A stretch of 64,000 bases of DNA. Origin: Torpedo marmorata. Taxonomy: Eukaryota. The position numbers were made by a program, and so were the translations under genes. The notes under the pieces were generated by a model, which had not been told where the DNA came from, searched no databases, and saw only the letters and a program-made list of their open reading frames with translations. Positions 39,963 to 52,840 of the stretch are shown piece by piece. Numbering within the stretch: the stretch's first letter is position 1; the number at the start of each line of letters is the position of its first letter. The DNA lies in NCBI GenBank assembly GCA_977017645.1, contig OZ360236.1, positions 76,756,001-76,820,000 on the forward strand, read 5' to 3'.

Positions 39963-42900
39963 ATTGTTTCTATGATAGGGATCAGAGTCCAAGAGAATTC
40001 AGAGCATCCTTGTTCTAGTATTGCCAGCACCCCAGAATTAAACCCAAGATGTGTGTCTCCGATTTTAACAGGTGGAAAATCAATGGGCCACTAAAAATAA
40101 TTATGTGGCGATTTGCTTTGTGGAGCAATGCTATTCAATACTGAAAATCATTGACAATGAGTGGCGTGGTTTTGACTAATCCATTCAGGTTCCCTTTCTG
40201 GTTTGGTGTTGCAAACACTAGGATGGGAGAGGATGCAGAGCAAGTGGAGGTGAGATGCCTTTGAATTCAGCAGCGACGTGGCTACCTGTCAGCCACAGTG
40301 TTCTGGGCACTGGGCAATGACACAGCCATCTTTGCTGGAGTGTTTAATTTCTCCCTCTGCAGTATAAAGCCTGTGGGATGTCAGCATCTTCAACAGTTCT
40401 GTCAGCAGGAGCTGGGCATGGCTTGAAAGTCCTTCAAAACAGAGGTCGTGCTCACCCAAAACACTGAGCTTTCCGAAACCATCTGTCCCCAGTGATGCCT
40501 CAGCGCTGAGTTAGCAGGTTTCTTACTTTGTTTAAAGATATCAGGTGAATGGTGATTACCACCTTGAATAAGAAGGAATGATCGGGTTGCAAGGTTCATC
40601 AGTCGCTTGGAGTCTGTATCCTAGGATATAGAGTGCGATACCCAGGGTTCAAGGCAGCCTGTTGTGTCTCTGCCTGATTGAAATATGCAGATAAACTGGG
40701 TGGAAGTGTTCGTCAGACTTGGCGCTGGTGATTAATTTTAGAATTGTTGCAGCAAGCTGGGTGTGGGGATGTGCTGACGGGTACTTTTTCCCCTTACTCT
40801 TATCCAGACACCAACCCCCAGCTTTACCTGGGTGATTAGCTCTTGTCCTGTTACTCTCTGGTAAAAGAGAGAGAGAGACCTAAACAGCTTCCATTGTGCG
40901 GTGTCTGAAGTGTGTTTGGTTGTCTGCGTTATAAAGGCACGAATGAAAGCAGTTGCCATCACTGAGTGGGAAGATTTTGATCGACATCAAGCAGGGGTGA
41001 GCCCTATGATGACAACAGCCCCCAATTGCCCTACTCCCCCACCCCATCACATTCGAGAAGAGCAAGGAGAAAGGGGTTTGCATTTGGCTTTGGAATGGAC
41101 AAATGACACTGACTGAATGTGACTGAGAAAGGCTATTTCACAAAAGTAACGTGTAATTTTTCTTTCAATGGTCCTGCCCCTTGTTTATGGCCTTCGTTGT
41201 ACGTCACAGAACTGCAGAATGCTACGGTCTCCACGCGGACCTCTGAAAGAAAAAGGTCTCACGGGGCTGTGCCCAAAGGTCACAGAACTCCTGAACCACA
41301 CAGGGCTTCAGCTGGTGGAAAAAACTGCGGCAACCGTACAGAAGAATGTAGAACAATATGCACCAAAGCATTACTGCAGTGGAGACACTAAAGATAAAAT
41401 TGTTGCGACTGCAATTTTTTTTCCTTTTCTGCCACCTCTTCCTTTTGTGCATCTAGCAACATTTTCACTTTTGAGGGACTTGCAGCAGTTTGCCTTTTAA
41501 CTATTTCCTGGGGGTTAATTCCACTCCTGCACCCTTGGTGGTGATGCGAAGGGTTTGCTGTTCCCTCTGCCCCTCCCGTCGTCTTGTCACACACAGATCC
41601 CTTGCACAGCGGCAGACGGGCGGGAGAAATTTGTGGCAGGGCAGCTCGCCTGTGTTTGTGCTCCCTTGCCCCAGTCTGTTCCACTGGCTGCAAGGCGAGG
41701 TGACGCTGACTGCAGTATTACGTAGGAGTACAGGCGAGTGCATCGCTTGCTGAGGGTTCCAACAACTGCAGAGCTCCCCCCCCCCCCCCAAAAAAAAACC
41801 CAGAGCTCACGGAGTGAAGTACACAACAGCTTTCACTGTTCCAGGTCTTAAAGGGGCCTCTCCCCCCCCCCCACTCCCCACAGTAGACAGACAGACAGAC
41901 ATGCATGTGACAAATGTAGGTCAAAAGTGGCCGATTACTTCACACAGTAGCCGGCTCTCACTGAAAGAGACGGTCTCTGCTGCTCCAAGTGAATTCACTC
42001 ATCGCATTGAATAAAAAGAACGAGTCTTTTGTGTCTGCTTGCACTGCCTGCCGTCGTTTCGGCAGAGAGCTGAGAATTGTCAGCATCAGACTCTCCCTCT
42101 TGCTGTGGAGGTTGCTTTGCACGCTCAACCTCAGCATATTCTTGGACCTTGCAGACTTGAAGTTGAAAATTAATTTATCCAGAAGATGTAATATATCAGT
42201 CACAGTGGATGGTTCCAGGAAGCAGGGTTTGTTCCTTTGTTTAAGGGAGGCTTCACTTCAGCAAATGGGGTGGATTGATTTACTCCTGGCAGACGGGATG
42301 CCCCCTAACACACTCCCCTCTCCCAAGTGCCAGAACCTCAGGAGGTGTATTTCCTTTGCTATGTCAGTGGGATGTGATTGCCAAGTCATAGACCCTTCCT
42401 GCATGGAAACAGCCCCGTTGCCCCTCTGGCAGTGTGGGTAGACGTCGTGGTGTCATACAGCATAGACATAGGCCCACTGACTCTACGCTGGATATTCTCA
42501 GCAGCTCTCCCCCCCCCCCCCCCCCGCCCCGAGATTCCGTCACTCACACGCATACTTGGGCCAATCAACCTGCCGTCCTCCACGTCTTTGGGAGGTGCAA
42601 GGAAAGGGGGAGGCCCCGCGAGAGAACATGCAGACTCCACACAGACAGCAGCGGAGGCTGGGTCTGAGCCCGGGTTGCTGGCGGTCATGGCGGTCACTGA
42701 GGAATGCTTGCTGACGCCTGGGACGCAGCCGAGGATGAGCTGCCGGATGTGCACCTCCTGGTCAACCTGCTTTCTGGAGACACCAGTCCACATGTGTTGG
42801 AAACTGGGGCGAACACTAGTCCGCCAGGCCGAGTTGATCCAGCAGCTTGGGCTTTCTGCCACGGGGGTTTCTGGGCTTGTCTCTGGTTTTGCACTTGGCA

Positions 42901-43558
42901 TGGCCTGGAGTGGTAAAGGACCGCCATACTCGTTAGCTCTTTCAATGATGGCTCCTCTGGCCAAGTGGTTGGTGTGTGTTGTGGAATGCTTTGTACTCAA
43001 TCAGGGGGTGTCCATCCATATCTGTTCCAGAAGTTCAGGAATGGAAGGATGGATGGAGAGGGAAAACAAGGCAGGTGTCATGTGTTTGGGTTGCTGTGGG
43101 GTCTGCAGGTTGTTGGGAACTGACCTCAAAGTTTGGCTGTGACAGCTTCCCTCATTACCAAGCTTTCACCTCTGTGATCATGACCATTCTGCTCTGTTCT
43201 GAACTATTGTCTTTATCCATCAACTACACTTGCATCTAAGTGTTCCTTAAGTTTGTAATCCAAATATTATTATTGCCAACTCGTGATACTCCTTTCAACC
43301 GTTCCTCCATTGCTACAGTTTCACTGAAGCTGCAGACATTTCCTTCACCCGTTCGAGTCACGGAGTTGTGGAGGTGAAGGTTGCAGTGAAAGACTGGGAG
43401 ATGTCACTGGTCAATTCATTGCCAATTGATCGAAATCCGGGCACTCCCTGCCCGAGAGCACCGTAGGAGCTCTTGCACCAAAGGGACTGCAGGGGATCAG
43501 GAAGGTGGATACTCCCCACCATCTTCTCCAGGATGATTTGTGTGGTACACATTGATGA

Positions 43559-43810
43559 GGGAGCACGGTTAGTGTAGCGGTTAGCCCAACGCTATTACAG
43601 CGCCAGTGACCCGGGTTCGAATCCGGTGCTGTCTGTAATGAGTTTGTACATTCTCACCGTGACCTGCATGGGTTTTCCCCAGGTGCTCTGGTTTCCTCCC
43701 ACCCTCCAAAAATGTACAGGGTTGGTAGGTTAATTGGGTGGCACGGGTTTTATGGGCCGGAAGGACCTTCTACCATGCTATATTGTTAAAACTTTTTTTT
43801 TAATTTAAAT
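43559..43810 (+). mobile_element. HE1-like V-SINE
   Basis: gcacggttagtgtagcggttagc...ccgggttcgaatccggtgctgtctgtaatgagtttgtac plus V-domain. Additional copies at 44948-45145 (+, internally deleted), ~42545-42690 (-), ~59846-60095 (+) and ~61910-62082 (-). Confidence 0.8.
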
Positions 43811-46680
43811 TGAATTGCTGTATTGTTACATGTACCAAGACTTGTGAAGTAAAAGCTTTGTTTTGCATAATATCCAGACAATCCAACTGATACATTAGGT
43901 AGTGCAACAATAAATTACGGTGTAGGGAGAAGTGTTCCAATTGCCAAATAGTGCAGAGAATAGAGAAAGTTAGTTATAAAAGTTGGTGCAAGGAGATCCT
44001 CTTTTGCCAGTGAGAGGTCCAGAGAAACAGCAGGAAAGGAAGGTCTTCAATCTATGTTTACCAGTTTGTGTCTTCTGCCCAATGAAGGGGGGAAGGAGAG
44101 AGTGTGACCTGGTTGGGATGGGTCCTTTACCATTTTGGCAGCTCTCCAGATCGTTTTTTCCCTCCTAAAGTGTACCTGGGTATTCTTAGTGCCTCTTGAT
44201 GCCGTACCCCAATGGCTTTGATGTCACCACCTGTAATGGGTTGGCAACATATAACAACTGGCTTTTGAGTTCCACTTCACAGTCTGTTTTTTCAGGTGTG
44301 TGTTTAATTGATTCTGATCCACGTCGAAGTTATCAGGGAGATGACGGAAATGCAGGGCAAAGAGGAGAAGGAAGTGGAATATTGGAGGAGGGGCAGGAGG
44401 TGGAGTGTTTCTGTTTCTCCTGAGCTTTGGGCCCTGGCAACTGGAGGCATGCCCCTTGACAGCCGTGAGTGCAGGGTAAATTGTTAAGCTAGGGGAGGGT
44501 ACAACCAGCGACATTACTGACTAAGTTGGCATTCTGGGCGAGAATTATTTCCCTGCCTTTAGCCTGTATCCTTGGAAACCCTTCCTGTCCATTGATCTGT
44601 CCAACTCTCTTCTGAATGGCCTAATTGTACCCACCTCTACAGCTTCGTCTGGCAGCTAATTGCAGACATGGGCCACCCTCTGAGTGAAAATGTTGCCCCT
44701 CTTAAACCTCTCTCCTCTTACCTTAAACCGATGCCCTCTAGTTCCAGAATCATCGACCCTGGGGGTAAAAAAAACTCTGACCATTCATGTTATCAATGCC
44801 CCTTTTACGTTATTTTTATTTGCACTGTTCGGCACAGACTAGAAGGCCCGAAGGGCCTGTTTCTGTGCTGTAATGTTCTATGGTTCTAACTATATAATTA
44901 GCCAAGAGGTAAGGAGAGTTCTACCTTTGACGGCGGCCTTCTACCTAGGGCGGCACGGTTAGCATAGCAGTTAGCGCAGCTCTGTTACAGCGGCAGCGAT
45001 CGGGACTGGGGTCCGAATCCCATGCAGGTACTCCGGTTTCCCCCACCGTTTGGGGAAAAAAAAAGCATACCTGGTGTAATTGGGCGGGTCGGGCTCGTGG
45101 GCCGAAAGGACCTGTTACCGTGCTGTATGTCTAAATTAAAAATTTGATGTGAACATTTTAAACTCTAGGAAGGAGAGGTTAAGAATTTGGACTGTGTTGT
45201 TTCCCCCCTCCAACCACCCCCATATTGCTAAATCTTTCATTGCAATTAATGTTCACTGCTCAATATGATTTTATTGTCATATACAAGAGTACAAAGTACA
45301 GATGCACCAAAATTCTTGCTGCAGCCACACAATAGTAACCAATAGTAAAAATTTAAATGACCACAAATGCCAGGGCAGAAAAAGAGCTAAATATCAAAGG
45401 ATAGATTAAATATTCACAGCTGTAGTTAGTTCATGAAAAGTGACGTTTGTCGTGCAGACAGATCTTTTGGTGGTCTCAGGGTAGTTTATGGTTGAGGTTA
45501 GAGTATTCAAGAGCCTGATAGCTGTTGGATTAAAAGCTCCTCTTGATCCTAATAAACGAGTAAAATAATGCTTGGGTTAAAGGAGTCTGATGCTAATTTC
45601 CATGATTTTTTTCCATTTCCACCACTGATGGTTCCTGAGCAGGAAGTGGTTGATGTGCACTGAAGCACCCCCTCACCACTCTGAATGCAGTGAGCTCATC
45701 AGAGGAGGCTGTTGCTCGGGAGAGAGGGTAAACGAGTCTGTGGGCCTGGCCAAAAGTGAGTCAGCAGGGAGCCGGTCGTCAGAATGTAAATGAGCGCTCT
45801 TCACTGTCGCGCCACATAGAAAGCTGTCATTAGCCCAGATTAGATTTTCATAAAATTAAGACAGTTTAAGGGTTTAATACCTGATATTTGCACGCTGTTC
45901 AGACAGCTGTGGAAGTGCAGAGTAATGGGATAGTTAAGGACAGGGCTGTTCAGAATAACACTGAGTCCCCATCAGACAATGAAAACCTCAACCAGCATTC
46001 TCTCCATTCACCTCTTTTGTGCCTTTTTTTTTTGCTCTCTATTGTTGTTGACCAAGTGATTCTGCTAAAGCGGAACAGTTTTTAAGAAGAAACCTGTTCA
46101 TGTGGCATGGGGAATGCAGTAACTAAATCTGCTGCCCAAACTGACCAGGTAACTCTGAGCAGTGAAATATTTGGCAAGTGTGGAACCTGGCAAGGATGCT
46201 TATCTTTTAGGGGAAAGATTCATGAGTTTAAATTAGAACAGCATGCTTGAAGATCCAAGTGTTGAGTGGGCTACGTTTGCTCTTCCGTCCCAGACTTGCT
46301 CCTGGATATCAAATGTCATTGATCTTGTAGATGTAAGCTCTCAGGAGCCCAGATCCATGGAGCTGCTGTCCTTGCCCACTCCAGAAAGCTGATGCATTTC
46401 ACACTCCATTGCCACAGCTTGTCAGGCTCATTGAACTCATGGGCCAGGACCTGGTCTCCACTCCTACAGCCCACAGAAGCCCAGGCTGAAGCAATGGCAG
46501 GGAGAGGTAGGAAATAGAAACAAAATTCTTCAGTCCTTGGATCACTCAGTATTCTTCCTTTTCCACCCCTTCCAGTTCCTAGTCGGCGCCCCACCTCTCA
46601 CACCTTTTGCCCTGTACCCTAACACTTGCCCCTCCCACAGATTCTTCCCCTACCCCCTTTGCAAACATTCTATCACCCTC

Positions 46681-47027
46681 GGCATTCTCCAGCCAGATGG
46701 CATTAACATTGACTTTTCTGCTTTCCACTAAACCTGCTTGTCGTTCCCTTCCCCTCCCCCCTCACCTGTCCTTCCTGTTTTTCTCCACCTACCCAGCCAT
46801 CCCCCGTCCCCCTCTTTGCTGCTGTCCCCTCCCTCCTTCCTCCATCTATCATCTCCTGCCTTTGCCACCCCCCTTCCCCCCTCACTCTTTTGTTCGGACG
46901 CCTGCCGGCATTTTCTCAAACTTTGATGAAGGGCTCAAGCCCGAATCGTCGGTTATGTATTTCTACCTTTGCTACATAAAAGACACTGTTTGACCTGCTG
47001 AGTTTCTCCAGCATTTCTGTTTTTTAC
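46681..47027 (+). mobile_element. Penelope-like element 3' end, same young subfamily as 20561-21893
   Basis: Near-identical reverse complement of ~20561-20900. Perfect 13-bp TSD ttctatcaccctc at 46668-46680 and 47028-47040. Confidence 0.9.
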
Positions 47028-47896
47028 TTCTATCACCCTCATTTCTGTTCGGTCACCATCAAGGGTCCAGACCCAAAGCATCGACCTTTTCTACTCAAGA
47101 GTAGTGTATACCCACTAAGTTCCACCAGCAAGATTCCAGCGTCTGCAATTTTTGTGTTTCTCTGTCTGAAAGATCTTGTGTGTTGTGGGCATAAAAGGAA
47201 CTAGTAGGAAGCAGATTTTATGGCTCATTCCACATGGAATGATTCGTAAAGCAGTTACTTTCAAGCCAGCCTGGTGTGGTTGCTCCCGTGGTACGGGGGG
47301 CGGGGGGGGGGGGGTCGATGAAAAAGCTGGCGATGCCAGTTTAAAAAAAACAGGCATTTCCTAAAATGCCCCATCCTGACCGATAAACATTGGGAGCAGG
47401 GGGAAGATCAAAGTGGGTTGCAATCAGCCTGGCTTCTTCCCACAGTTGCTGTTGGATGGTGCGGACAGTTAAGGGCTTTTGGTGGAAGCCGGTCTGTGCA
47501 GAACACACATTTTGCCAAGATAACCAGGTCCATGATGCCCTGGAAAAAAACCAGAGGTGATAAAGTAAATGGCTTGTTTTCTGGGAATTAAAATGGAGAA
47601 AGTGAACAACATCTGGGTTTCAATGTGGTTTGTGTACAAACCTGTTCGCATACAATCCCATTCTCTTTAGAACATGGAACGGTACAGCAAAGTGCGGACT
47701 CTTCAGCCTACAGTGTTGTGCTCACCTACGTAAACCTACTCCGTATCAATCTAACCCTTCACAACATGTTACCCTCTCTTTTCCTTAAAAAGACCCTCTA
47801 TTTTTCTTTCTGTAAACACTGACCGATAAGAGCAGTCGGTGTGATTCACACACCTGGCCGAAACGTCGAGCAGTGAAGTGGGTTTACACCTTTACG

Positions 47897-48105
47897 GGAG
47901 ACTGCAGGTGCTGGAATCTGGAGCCAAACACACTGTGCTGGAAGAACTCAGCAGGTCGAGCAGCATCAGTGGGAGACACGGAACAGTCAACTCTTCGGGT
48001 CGGAACCCTTCATCGGGACTCGATGAAGGGCTCCGGCGAACAACATTGACCATTCTCTTCCTCCCACTGATACTGCTTGACCCGCTGAGTTCCTCCAGCA
48101 CGTTG
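47897..48105. mobile_element. Fold-back pair of Penelope-terminus repeats
   Basis: Arms gtgctggaagaactcagc...cccttcatcg and cgatgaaggg...gctgagttcctccagcac are inverted around a ggact loop (48016-48020). Similar arrangements at ~4750-4970, 9405-9545, 26600-26770, 48555-48940 and 54940-55305. Confidence 0.7.
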
Positions 48106-49197
48106 TATGGTCCACCTTTTATAGAGTACCCTTTGCTTCACTCTCCATACTAGACATCAGAAAAGGGAAAGTGTAATGTAATCTCAATTTCCATAGTCTT
48201 TTCTGGCATTCAGAATAACTCTGCTTTGCAAATTGGTAGACATCTATCAAGAGTCCCCAAGGGCAAATTACTGGTGAAAAATTGAGCAAGGTCTCCTGGT
48301 AATTGAATAGTGATAGTGATTAGCAGTCGCTCTCTTCTAATCATTCAACACTGCTCTAGTTTTTTTTTCCCTCTGCAATAACTTTCCTCGGGAGACTGGG
48401 TAGTGCACTCCACACAACATCCTGAGGCACGCTCCTCATCTTAACCCTGTTCTTCTCCCCTGCAACTCCGAATGAATTGTCCTCATCCTTGAGGGGATCT
48501 TCAGAGGGGGCTAATGGGCATGAAAGGTTTGCATCGCTGGCAGTGAACAGGAGAGACCGCAGATGCTGGAAAACCGGAGCAACATACAAAGTGCTGGAGG
48601 AACTCGGCGGGGTAGACAGCATTCATGGAAGGCAATTGACATCTCCTGATGCAATACACAAATGTGCTGGAGAAACTTAGCAAGTCATAGGAAGTATATG
48701 GTCCTATACCTGACGAAGAGCCCAGGCCCAAAGCATTGGTTACCCTTTACTTCCTAAGGATGCTACATGACCTGCTTAGTTTCTCCAGCATGTTTGTGTA
48801 TTGCACGCGACCCCAGTGTCTGTAGATTTTCTTGTTTGACGATGTTTCCTGATGAAGGCTTTTGGCCAGAAATGTCAACTATCTTTTGCCTTCCGTGGAT
48901 GCTGCCTGACCGGCTGAGTTCCTCCATCATTTTATGTTTTTCTCTTCAGTTGTGGGTGAGTATTGTTTTCAATTTCAAAATGTGAGCAGCATATTCAAGT
49001 GCTTACAAACTTGTTGTGTATTGTGAATGTTGGTCTTGATGCTTGTGCTCTCTCCTGTTCACCACCCACCAATCTCTTTCTGGTCAAAGTTCCAGCCAGT
49101 CAATTCACCTTTTTCACCAACAGAAATTATCTCTTTTTAGCAGGGGGGGGTGGGATAAGAATCCAACTGTTGGAATTTGAGGAGAATCCTTTGCAAA

Positions 49198-49461
49198 CAG
49201 GGATTTCTCCTTGGTGTTAACCTTTAACGAGGTGGCCAGTCCATAGTGAAGCCTGATCCTGGGCAGGGATTTCTCTTTGGTGTTAACCTTTAACGAGGTG
49301 GCCAGTCCATAGTGAAGCCTGATCCTGGGCAGGGATTTCTCCTTGGTGTTAACCTTTAACGAGGTGGCCAGTCCATAGTGAAGCCTGATCCTGGGCAGGG
49401 ATTTCTCCTTGGTGTTAACCTTTAACGAGGTGGCCAGTCCATAGTGAAGCCTGATCCTGGG
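49198..49461. repeat. Tandem repeat, 4 x 66 bp
   Basis: Unit cagggatttctccttggtgttaacctttaacgaggtggccagtccatagtgaagcctgatcctggg. Copy 2 differs by one C>T; no spacers. Confidence 0.97.
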
Positions 49462-51647
49462 TCTTTGCACAAGTGAACGCAGGCATCTGCGGAGAGGCTT
49501 TGTATCCAACAGTGTTGAGGTGAACCATGGTTACAAGGGGTGATGATGTTTAAGGTAATTCGAGCCAGTTCTCCGCAACGCCGGCTGTACTTTGGCTGTA
49601 GACCGTGGTAGGTTAACGCTTTGCAGCTGTGATTTTCCTGAGACCTGCTACGTGGGTGCCTGCATTGTGTCCGCGTGGAACAGGGGAGGAAACCATTTGG
49701 CCCATCATTGTTTGTTGGCCATTGGGGACAGTGTCTGATGCCTCTTCCTCCCCTTGTACTTTCATATGGCCCTGGAACTTTTTTGAGTGCCTGTCAACCC
49801 TCTTTAAAATGACCATCGGTTGCTCTGCCACTTTTAAGCAATAGACTCCAAACCATCGATTACTTTTACTAATGAATAATGAGCTGCATCTTTCTCTGGT
49901 TCTCACTCTCTTAAATCTACATGCTCTGTTGCTAACTCTTATTTCAATGGAAACAGTTTGATCAGAACAGTAAAATCCTCCCCTGAGGAGAATATGTCTG
50001 ACCACGTGTGTCTGCTCTCCCCCCACCTCCCATCCCAATTAAGGCCAAAGTATTTGCCCTGCCTATTTCTCCCATCCTGTACTTTGGTTTCCATTGTGGA
50101 GATTCCTTGTGGTCCATACTTGGGCCGGATCCCAGGTGGTGGATCGTTGAGAGCACCCAAAACGAATGCAGTAAATGTCAAATCACAGTGGAGGAAGTCC
50201 AGCAGAGACCACTGCTGAGGTGCCCTGACCACAGTGGGTTCCTCCTGCCAGGTTAGGGGGGGTGGGGGGCTGCAGGCTCCAAAGGCAGACTCCCAGAACT
50301 AAAAGCCCCCAGGTAATGGAGACCAGTCAGATAACATCCTCCCAACTTCTGCCATACTGGTCCAGTTTTTGAAGTCTTCCTGTTGTAGCCCACCGCAAAA
50401 TGGAATCTATCCTTTGTCCCACCGATCCACGTGTTTAAACCCATTTTTCCCCCTCCTGTCCTTTTAAAGATTTCCTCATCCCTGAAGGTTTTGATCCCAG
50501 GTAAGAAATGCCTTTTATTAATTTCCTGAATTCAGGACACCCTAAAATGCTCGACATCCACTGTGGTTGCTGGTACAGTACGAAACACCACCAACTAGCA
50601 GTTTGATCATTTGCAGGACCCGCTACAATGGTGTCCCACCCTACACATTTCCTCGGTTTCCAGTTTCTAATTTGTACACTTGAGGACTGTTTGAGGTGGG
50701 ATGCACCTCACTGGTTGAATGTGTGCTGATGTAACAGGCAGCTCCAGTCTGGGAACTATTGTACTGCAGGATTGTAAACTGTTTGCTTTCCTGAGCTGAT
50801 GTAGCAACTGAAGTGTACAGTCACCTTTACATAGAGTGTGGGCTTCATTACATTATGGGGGCAGTCTCTCAGTTCAATCGACTCTGCTGTCAGAGCACAA
50901 GGAGACAATTTAATCCCACTGATTTGGATTGCTCACTGTGCCTGAGACAGCTGTTCAGTCCCCCTCCGCTGTGCATCCACACCGCTGTCTCCAACCCTCC
51001 TGGAGTCTTCCCGCGGGATGACGGGCAAAGCAGCAAATTGCCAGCATCCACTTCCCCCCATCTCCTGCCCGTCCCAGACAAGCTGACCCAAACTTCAGTG
51101 TTGAAATCCATCACGTGCGCAGGCCAGGCCAGCCCCAGCAAGGGCTGTGGGTGGCTGCAGTGCATGACGTGAATTCCTAATGCAGTGCTGGCTGCCAGAC
51201 TGCCCCCAAGTCCACCCTGTCTGCACAGCTGCACAGAGCTGTCTCAGCAGTGACGCGTCACGCCTGAAGTGGCAGCAGTTAATATCAGGACAACAACAGC
51301 AGTCACTTACCCTTGGTGGGAGTGTGTACTGACTGTTTTATTTCAATATATCAAGAAAAATCCTCCTGGATGAAGAAGAAATATGTCACTGGGGCCCCAG
51401 CTTTTCCCTCACTGAAAGCCCGGAAGGATCTGCCTGAAGGAGATGTTCCTCTCTGCGCTGCAGTCTGGGCACTGAGTGAAATGGAGGGGAGAGAGGAGGT
51501 GTGGTGGGTCCAGATGGAGAGACAACAGAGCAAGGCTTAAACACTGTCGATGTGCTGTGGCTTTACTGATGCACGTCTAGTCATGCTTTTCAACTGCACC
51601 CTACTTGGTTTTAATTTCATCTGTAAGCTCAGAGGGTACGTGTCTGC

Positions 51648-52095
51648 CAGTGTTGTACAGTGAAAGACTCGACTCAATCAGTACTGTACCCCAGTGTAAT
51701 TCAGTGACAGACCCTGTCCCACTGGTACTGTACCCCAGTTTTGTACAGTGAAAGACTCGACACAATCAGTACTGTACCCCAGTGTTAAACAGTGACAATC
51801 CAGTCCCACCAGTATTGAACCCCTGTGTTATACAGTCACAAACCCACCCCATCAGTACTGTATCCCAGTGCTGTACAGTGACAGACCCATCCCCACCAGT
51901 CCTGTAACCCAGAGCTGTACAGTGACAGACCGGTCCCACCAGCACTGTACCCCAGTGTTATAGTGGCAAACACGACCACCGGTACTATACCCCAGTCTTG
52001 CGCAGTGACAGATCTGTCCCCTGCAGGACTGTACCCCAGTGCTGAACAGTGACAGACCTGTCCCCACCAGTACCGTACCCCAGTGCTGTACAGTG
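51648..52095. repeat. Degenerate ~43-44-bp minisatellite, ~10 copies
   Basis: Approximate consensus cagtactgtaccccagtgytgtacagtgacagacc.gtcccac. The variant gaaagactcgac.caat recurs 88 bp apart (51662, 51750). Confidence 0.9.
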
Positions 52096-52416
52096 ATTCC
52101 TCCATCATGATTCCTGGATATCTTATCCTGGGGTCGCCCATGCCTGTCGATAGGGGATCCAGGAGACCCCTTTAAGATGTGTCCCAAGGATCTGGGCAGG
52201 TATTTCTTCACTCAAGGGTACATGGAACGAGCTGCCACATGAAGCGGATGATTGCAATGTTTGAAAGACATTTTGACAGTGCATGGCTAGAAGTTCCAAG
52301 GGATTTGGGCCAGACACAGGCAAATGGGGGACGAGCTAAGGTGGAGATCTTGGTTGGCATGGATGAGTTAGGACGATGAGACTGCTTCCTTGGTGTGAAA
52401 CTCTGTGACTCAGAGT

Positions 52417-52840
52417 CAGGGTCAGCGCCAAGGGGGGAGGGGGCATTCGCGGGCATTTCCCCCCGCCAAGCGAGGTGCTGTGCCCCCATCGCTTGCCGTC
52501 AGACCCGCCCCCGCCACTAGCGTGCGTCAAGCATCACTAGCGTCTAGCTTGACGCATGATAGTGACTCTCCACCTGCCCCCGTCACTAGCAGAAGCTAGT
52601 GACTCTCGACGTAATAAAAGCAGCACTTTTGGCTGCTACCGTCGGAGGGGACGGAGGAGCAGGAGGTTTACGTCCGTTTCGATGGTAGTCCACCAGCACA
52701 TAACCCCCCCCCCCATTCGGCAGGTAGTTCACCAGCACACCCCCCCCCCCAGCTGAGCGAGTTTACGACTGTCGGACTGAGCCCCCCCCGCCCGGTTACC
52801 CTATCGCCCCCCTCTAACACTCGTTCTGGCGTCGACCCTG
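52417..52840. mobile_element. Non-autonomous hAT DNA transposon (MITE), CpG-rich
   Basis: TIRs CAGGGTCAGCGCCA / TGGCGTCGACCCTG. Perfect 8-bp TSD ctcagagt at 52409-52416 and 52841-52848. Confidence 0.88.

Noticed and set aside
41490-41753. ORF with LGVNSTPA resembling the PMEPA1 N-terminus (MGVNSTAA)
   Set aside because: Starts at TTG with an in-frame stop just upstream, has no ATG before the motif, no CxCNC motif and no evident phase-1 donor.
42378-43142. Long overlapping ORFs (254 aa + / 204 aa -)
   Set aside because: They span a SINE and a C-run, show no recognisable domain and lack convincing splice signals.
49198-49461. CRISPR array or repeat protein (ORF 49114-49509)
   Set aside because: Head-to-tail repeats with no spacers, no cas genes and a vertebrate context. 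The ORF is a by-product of a unit length divisible by 3.
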